A DNA stretch of 64,000 nucleotides from positions 1 through 64,000 of the IMG/VR virus record IMGVR_UViG_3300045974_000399. One strand, 5' to 3'. Source of the stretch: a virus. Positions 58,844 through 64,000 of this stretch are shown piece by piece; position 1 is the first letter of the stretch, and each line of letters starts with the position of its first letter. The position numbers and the translations under genes were made by a program. The notes below the pieces were generated by a model that was given only the letters and a program-made list of their open reading frames with translations, did not search any database and had not been told where the DNA came from.

Positions 58844-59406
58844 TATGTCCTCCTTGCCATTCCCTCTGGTCTGGATACGTTAAGACCCTTAGAGTCTCTG
58901 TCGTAGCGTTCCTTAGGGAAGGTCTTGAATATATCCGAGATGTCTTCGCACTCAATCTTACTAAATAGCATTTCATCGGTAGTACGAGAGTTCTTTGATG
59001 GCCGTAAAAGTAAATGCACAGGAATAAGCACGTTATCCCCGAATACATCCTGAATGGCTTTACAACGAGTACGGCCTTCATGCCCACCTGTCTGCCAAAA
59101 CTTATCCGCTATAACCCAATGCAGGGTTAAGAATGGATTACCCATCGGTGTACCCTCCTCAATACATCTTTTCATGAAGTTTGAGTTAGGGTACTCAGTT
59201 CTAACTTTAGCCAGAAACAGAAACTCTTTGGGCTTCATATAGCAGGTTACACCTTCATACTCTATATTCTCATTGAATGGCGTCTGACCCACTCCATAAC
59301 GAGCATTAAACAGTTGATCCATGCAGGGCATACCAGCTATGTACTTATTATCCCCTACTCGGGGCTTGAAGGAGTTGGAAAGTATTCTATATCGGGTCAC
59401 ACGCAT
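58843..59406 (-). CDS. ParB/Srx-like domain protein
   Basis: P.L...GHEGRTR..A..IPV pattern; start coupled to the terminase stop (TGATG). Confidence 0.5.
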   Translation of the reverse strand: MRVTRYRILSNSFKPRVGDNKYIAGMPCMDQLFNARYGVGQTPFNENIEYEGVTCYMKPKEFLFLAKVRTEYPNSNFMKRCIEEGTPMGNPFLTLHWVIADKFWQTGGHEGRTRCKAIQDVFGDNVLIPVHLLLRPSKNSRTTDEMLFSKIECEDISDIFKTFPKERYDRDSKGLNVSRPEGMARRT

Positions 59407-60926
59407 CAGCATCTCCTTCGTATCGTCCCCATTGCCTTACCGTCAGATGCTAACTGAGAACCTACACTTGCGCCTTTACTACTCCCCATCTTTGTTGTAA
59501 CTGAACCCAGCGCGCCACCCCCTGATGATACTGCGTCAGGACCATTAAACAGGTCTTGATTCTCATCTGCCAGAAGTCTAGTCATAGCCAAGCAATATGC
59601 ACGGAACATATCATCATTAAGATTTTCGCCTTTCAGCACCTTAGACCCAGAGTCCTGAACGGTAATACATTGAAGAACAAAGTGGGCGACAGGGGCCTTA
59701 GAGAAGCAATTAGGATAACTGGCGTGGTCATACTCCATTATCTCATCTTTTTCCCACTCAGGCCGCGGTAAAGATACTTCCTTGTCTTCTAGATAGGCTT
59801 TGGCAATGCCCATTTCAGAATACGATACTGAGTACTGATGAGCATCTATCTCATGGGCTGCTGCGATATCCTGCAACAGCTTTATAGATTGCCACCTGTC
59901 AGCACAAACCATCTGTATGTTCCGGCTCTCTATCAAGGGCACGATGAGCTTGGCATACACAAGAGAGTGGTTAACTGGAACTCCAGGCAAAGGCTGTACT
60001 TCAAGAAGCAAATCAATAACTGGCTGACCGGTATCCCTGTCGATATGCGCTATGCAGCAACCAAAAGCGTTGTTTGAAAACCCTGCATCCAAAGCCAGTA
60101 TGGAAGGACGCTTGGCTCTTCGTATCTTTCCAGGGATAGCAAATCGCGTTATATCCTTTGACTTCTTATTCGTGCGCTGTCTAAAGGATATCTCTGTGGC
60201 ATTCCGATAGTTCTTAGAGCACTCCAGAACAGTCATTATATTTCGGATGAACGGGTTATTCGTCAAAGGTGGATTTGCCCCGTAGTCGCGTTCCGCTTCA
60301 ACAGGGTCCTTTGTATACTCAGCAGCCAAATCTTCCCGGGTTATGTTTGGATTCATCTCCCAGGTTGGTCGGTGAAACGCCAGTATTGTATTCGTCAACT
60401 TGGCCTGCTTTACCAAGCTCATTATCTTATCACGAGCATGCGAAGGAGAACTGACGTTTGTGAAGTATGCAGTTAGGATGTTGTCGTAGCCATTTCGTAT
60501 CAGCTTATTCGCTGCTGCTCTAACAGTAAGAAGCGAACGCTCAAGCGCGATATACACCTCGCCCGCGTCATCCTTTATCTTCTTCTTCAAAGCGTCGTTA
60601 TTGAACCACCCGATCTCATCTATAGCCCCAAAGAATCTGGTTCTACCGCGTAGAGTTTTCTTGTTTGGACCCGAGGCGTACATCAGGAGTTTTCTGTGGC
60701 GATATAGGATGAACGTATCCTTAAACCGATATAGCTCTTCACCGTACCGCTCTGAGTACTCATCCAGCATTTCATGATAAGCACAATTATGAACATTTAC
60801 CCCATTCGCAAAATAGTTATGATGATTCTCAACCTCTATATCGTAAACTGGTTTTAACCCCACAGAACGTATTGAAGTAACCGTTGCTAACTTTATTCTT
60901 TTACCGTCAATTTCAATCTCACGCAT
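59406..60926 (-). CDS. terL: terminase large subunit, C-terminal part, preceded by split intein C-fragment
   Basis: IntC VYDIEV..NYFANG..VHN|C, then Walker B IDEIG and nuclease LALDAG..DRWQ..NDD; AAGGA RBS. Confidence 0.9.
   Translation of the reverse strand: MREIEIDGKRIKLATVTSIRSVGLKPVYDIEVENHHNYFANGVNVHNCAYHEMLDEYSERYGEELYRFKDTFILYRHRKLLMYASGPNKKTLRGRTRFFGAIDEIGWFNNDALKKKIKDDAGEVYIALERSLLTVRAAANKLIRNGYDNILTAYFTNVSSPSHARDKIMSLVKQAKLTNTILAFHRPTWEMNPNITREDLAAEYTKDPVEAERDYGANPPLTNNPFIRNIMTVLECSKNYRNATEISFRQRTNKKSKDITRFAIPGKIRRAKRPSILALDAGFSNNAFGCCIAHIDRDTGQPVIDLLLEVQPLPGVPVNHSLVYAKLIVPLIESRNIQMVCADRWQSIKLLQDIAAAHEIDAHQYSVSYSEMGIAKAYLEDKEVSLPRPEWEKDEIMEYDHASYPNCFSKAPVAHFVLQCITVQDSGSKVLKGENLNDDMFRAYCLAMTRLLADENQDLFNGPDAVSSGGGALGSVTTKMGSSKGASVGSQLASDGKAMGTIRRRC
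60786..60926 (-). mobile_element. split intein, C-fragment (47 aa)
   Basis: block F VYDIEV and block G HN followed by +1 Cys. Confidence 0.92.
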
Positions 60927-61848
60927 ATGATTTTTCCTTGACGAGGGAGCCATTACGCCGCATTACTAGGATTTTAAATTCAAATCCAGCTTCTAGGCAG
61001 GCTTTACGTTTTCTTGTATTCACCTTTTTCTTTTGTCGCTGCGTAAAGGTACTCTTTACTTCAACGATAAGATTTAAATGTGGAATATAAATATCAGGAT
61101 GGTATACGTGTTTCTTTCTCTCAAAGGTATAGGGTATACTAGGAATACCTTTGCAGCCAATACCACACCTTATTTGAGAAGGCGATATACCTGAGGCCAG
61201 TAGATAATCCAAAGCTTGTGGCTCATAACCTTGAATCAAAACAATTTTTCTACCCAACTTGTACTCTTTGTGATTATACGAAGTAATTAGATTCTTATCA
61301 AATAGTTCTTTATTCTGAAGTGCATGCTCAGCTCCATAGCGTTTTAACATCGTGCTTTTAATCTTTTCTCTTACCTCAGGTCTCTGTGCAGAATGTGCTA
61401 CCCCGTACTTTTTTATACTCTTCTTTTTAGCACGTAACTTAGAACAATCTGGTTCAGGACAACCTGCTATTCGTAAGTTAGAAAATATTGGTTTCCATAT
61501 ATGCCCACAACGTAGACATTCTGCAGTTACTCTTTTGTTCATCCTAAGCAATAGCTTTTTGGTAATAACCCTTATTTTTTGTTTACTAAGATTTTTCAGC
61601 ATTCTTTCAGTTGAAAAGCTAGAGCTATTCTTTGCCCTCTCAAGCTGGTCCTTTTGACGTTGACAGACACAGCGATATTTACGAAAATAGTAAAGGTGTC
61701 GTTCTCGAGTATCCCCGCATTCCCTACATTTAGCCTTTAAGATGCTAGAGGTTACACGCTCTAGTATTTCGTAGGTAGATACCTTGAGTATCTGCTGGAC
61801 CTCAAGAAATGTTCTTTCAGTTTTTTCCTTGCGTGTTTCTGTAGGCAT
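60919..61848 (-). CDS. free-standing putative homing endonuclease (Zn ribbons, KYG repeats, PD-(D/E)XK domain)
   Basis: CREC, CVC, CLRC and CPEPDC; KKYGVAH/KRYGAEH repeats; YHPDIYIP..IVEVKS; AGGAGA RBS. Confidence 0.8.
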   Translation of the reverse strand: MPTETRKEKTERTFLEVQQILKVSTYEILERVTSSILKAKCRECGDTRERHLYYFRKYRCVCQRQKDQLERAKNSSSFSTERMLKNLSKQKIRVITKKLLLRMNKRVTAECLRCGHIWKPIFSNLRIAGCPEPDCSKLRAKKKSIKKYGVAHSAQRPEVREKIKSTMLKRYGAEHALQNKELFDKNLITSYNHKEYKLGRKIVLIQGYEPQALDYLLASGISPSQIRCGIGCKGIPSIPYTFERKKHVYHPDIYIPHLNLIVEVKSTFTQRQKKKVNTRKRKACLEAGFEFKILVMRRNGSLVKEKSYA

Positions 61849-61856
61849 GCTGTCTC

Positions 61857-61906
61857 CTAGACAATCTTTGATATACCTCAAATTACGATAATCAAAGATT
61901 GTCTAG
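61857..61906 (-). promoter_or_regulatory. 16-bp hairpin overlapping the endonuclease RBS, with late-promoter-like TAATTTGAGG in its loop
   Basis: ctagacaatctttgat (61857-61872) / atcaaagattgtctag (61891-61906). Confidence 0.7.
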
Positions 61907-61925
61907 CATTGCGTGATAAACCAGC

Positions 61926-62912
61926 CTATTCTACTACAACTTCATCACCTTCACGCAGTTCAGATACTTTCTTCCAAACTAGCCGGTTGTTCTCAAAGAC
62001 ACGTACCTGATGTTTATCTGTAGCAGGAAGCTGTTGATTTGTGTCTAGAGAGATTTCAAAGCATTCCTTCACACCATTATTGAATAGCTGTACCGCCTTT
62101 TCGGGCCCCTCAAGTGTCCGAAGTAAATCACCTGGGCAGATGTCTTCGATCAACTTCTTTGAGCCATCAGCTAAGGTAATCTCTGTACCTTTGGCGATAC
62201 AGAACCAAGGCGACTCAGCTAGATATTCATAGAAAGGGTCCCACAGTGTTTCCTTTGCTTGTGCGTAAGTCAAAGCAACGAAAGTACCATGAAGTATTGT
62301 CCCTGCATTTAATCCTAACAGTTGGATAGGATTCTGCAGCTTAAGAAACCTGTGGACAATGTACGCAGCAATCATGGCAATCATATGCGACTTGGCACTA
62401 CGTTGCCCTGCTAGTCCAGCTAGCTCTTGATAGGGTTTAAGCTCCCCGTTGTTTATCATGTCAGAGCGCTTAGCCCCGCACTTAGGGCACTTACCATACA
62501 CAAGCAGCGTTACTTTTTTCTTGAACAGCTTAAGAGAGGCGTCAACAGGAACGTTCTCAAACCACACTAAGTCAGTACAGTGTGGACAATACTCCTGAAA
62601 TAATTTTGTGGGTATCTCATTCTGACGAGCAAATCCCTTAACCTTAAGGAACTCTGCCCCGTTCAAGAATGTTACAAAGTTTGGAGCAGTAGGAAGATGT
62701 GAATCATTTATTTTTACGTCCAGCGGCACGCCCAAATCGGACTTAAGTATCGACTTAATCAGGCGATACATGTTGAACTTTACATCTGGAGCCGATACTT
62801 CGGGTAACCGTGAACTGGTTGATGTCTGGTTAGGGTCTGTGTTTACATCTAGAAATAAATCTACTCTCTTTATTGGTACAGGTTTTACTGATTTCAGTTT
62901 TTTGCGCTTCAT
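61926..62912 (-). CDS. terL: terminase large subunit, N-terminal part, ending in split intein N-fragment
   Basis: Walker A-like AGQRSAKS and FVALTYAQAK, then WF|CIAKGT intein start. Confidence 0.9.
   Translation of the reverse strand: MKRKKLKSVKPVPIKRVDLFLDVNTDPNQTSTSSRLPEVSAPDVKFNMYRLIKSILKSDLGVPLDVKINDSHLPTAPNFVTFLNGAEFLKVKGFARQNEIPTKLFQEYCPHCTDLVWFENVPVDASLKLFKKKVTLLVYGKCPKCGAKRSDMINNGELKPYQELAGLAGQRSAKSHMIAMIAAYIVHRFLKLQNPIQLLGLNAGTILHGTFVALTYAQAKETLWDPFYEYLAESPWFCIAKGTEITLADGSKKLIEDICPGDLLRTLEGPEKAVQLFNNGVKECFEISLDTNQQLPATDKHQVRVFENNRLVWKKVSELREGDEVVVE
61929..62201 (-). mobile_element. split intein, N-fragment (91 aa)
   Basis: block A CIAKGTEITLADG, block B ATDKH, W..VSELREGD. Confidence 0.92.
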
Positions 62913-62929
62913 TTAGTGCCTCGTGGCAT

Positions 62930-63112
62930 CTATTTAGTTTTTCTTGACTTAGCTCTATTACTAGTTATCCTAGAGACATACGCCCAGTAATGAGAATCGC
63001 GTTCGCCAAACTTCTTATCGGCTTGTAACTTAGCGGCTTCCCAGTACTCCTCTAGTTTCGCAAGAGGTACTCTAGTAGATTTATGTAAAGCAAGTAGCTG
63101 ATTAGCTGGCAT
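62930..63112 (-). CDS. small hypothetical phage protein
   Basis: GGGAG RBS; LE.YW..AK..YWAYV..I. Confidence 0.6.
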   Translation of the reverse strand: MPANQLLALHKSTRVPLAKLEEYWEAAKLQADKKFGERDSHYWAYVSRITSNRAKSRKTK

Positions 63113-63127
63113 ACACGTCTCCCTGCA

Positions 63128-63382
63128 TTATACGGTTATCTGTTCACCTTGATGCCCTGTATTAGCATCCTTCGGTGGATTTCTTTTGCCTCGGGCTCCC
63201 ATGCCCCTCGGCCAACCTTTTTGGCTCTTTATATCATCTTCTGTTTGTTCCATCACCTGCTCCAGCGCATCCACGTTAGGGTGTAGTGGCTCCTCATCCA
63301 ATGGCCCGGACTGAGTTTTAGGTGCCATATTATAGTCGGATCCCCACCCACTTGAAGTTATTGCTACACGTTTTATTTTCAT
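63128..63382 (-). CDS. hypothetical protein
   Basis: AAGGGTG RBS; MKIKRV leader. Confidence 0.5.
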   Translation of the reverse strand: MKIKRVAITSSGWGSDYNMAPKTQSGPLDEEPLHPNVDALEQVMEQTEDDIKSQKGWPRGMGARGKRNPPKDANTGHQGEQITV

Positions 63383-63392
63383 GGCCACACCC

Positions 63393-63899
63393 TTAGGATT
63401 CATCTAGTGGTTCAGAGGTCTCACTGGTTAGGGTTAATTTTCTATCCAGGAATATTTTGTTCAATATCTCCAAGAAATACTCCTTTTCACCTTGACTGCT
63501 CCAGCTGTTTACTACGCATAAAGTAAGATGTGGCTTATACTCTTCATAGTCAAAGGTGAACCCGTATTTCTTACGCAAAGCTGACTGGCGTTTATCCAAA
63601 CTAGGGCAGGATAGCAGAGCTACCAGTATATCTCCCTCTGAAGTCTCTGCCCAATTCTCAACCCCAGTTATGTACGCAGTGTGCATTAGAGTTGGATCAG
63701 CAGAAAACGCATCATTATCGGTTCGCGAGTATATCTCAGTAACATGCAAGCTATCTGGATCTCTAACAGTGCAGTTAATCTGGAGCTTAACTCTGTCTAT
63801 CAAACAGCAGATTGTGTTAGCGGCACTCAGTAGAGGTTTTACTGAAACATATACTCCACCGGGCGCTGCTTTGGCTAAAGTAATAGTCAGTACTCTCAT
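63393..63899 (-). CDS. acb1: 2H phosphoesterase, Acb1 (T4 gp57B)-like anti-CBASS nuclease
   Basis: GVYV, LHVT..YSR, W..LV, DYEEYKPHLTL and C-terminal E..EPL match the T4 gp57B layout. Confidence 0.8.
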   Translation of the reverse strand: MRVLTITLAKAAPGGVYVSVKPLLSAANTICCLIDRVKLQINCTVRDPDSLHVTEIYSRTDNDAFSADPTLMHTAYITGVENWAETSEGDILVALLSCPSLDKRQSALRKKYGFTFDYEEYKPHLTLCVVNSWSSQGEKEYFLEILNKIFLDRKLTLTSETSEPLDES

Positions 63900-63930
63900 A
63901 CGATTTCCTTTTATCTGAATTTAGTACATA

Positions 63931-63950
63931 GGAGGGGCGATTGCCCCTCC
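63931..63950 (-). terminator. stem-loop
   Basis: ggaggggc/gcccctcc. Confidence 0.5.
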
Positions 63951-64000
63951 CCTCAATCTAGGTAGTTACGCTTTATGCTTCAAGGCATATAGCGTGTAAG

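Noticed and set aside
61882-61928. Group I intron or sequencing frameshift as explanation for the split terminase
   Set aside because: Both halves carry clean intein termini, separate stop/start signals and an RBS; the spacers are too short for an intron core
1-64000. tRNA, rRNA, CRISPR array, integrase, reverse transcriptase/DGR or alternative genetic code
   Set aside because: None recognised by eye; long genes read through intact in the standard code; tRNAscan/Infernal would be needed to exclude small RNAs

Overview
This window is part of a large lytic myovirus (jumbo-phage-like) genome. Positions 1-9.5 kb form a + strand block of small early/metabolic genes: an RNA polymerase alpha-CTD-like protein, a cold-shock protein, thymidylate kinase and ThyX. 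It converges on a ~54 kb - strand late region that reads, in transcription order: Acb1-like 2H phosphoesterase, terminase, portal, prohead protease, a fibre cassette, ferritin, scaffold, capsid, sheath, tube, tail chaperone, tape-measure-like protein, baseplate, tail fibre, lysis genes, collagen fibre and NAD+ ligase. The most striking candidate system is a tail-fibre gene ending in a RiPP-like alternating-cysteine tail (CSCTCTCTCTCPCTC...CC). It is followed in the same operon by an accessory ORF and two radical SAM/SPASM enzymes, which suggests enzymatic post-translational modification of a virion fibre tip. The large terminase is fractured into two genes carrying the halves of a naturally split intein. 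A free-standing endonuclease sits between them, and its RBS overlaps a 16-bp hairpin with a putative late promoter in the loop. Other notable items are a +1 frameshift site in the tail chaperone, a ferritin with a Pro/Glu/Cys-rich extension, and a recurrent N-terminal leader on several head-region proteins. All product calls come from motif recognition and synteny; no database searches were run.
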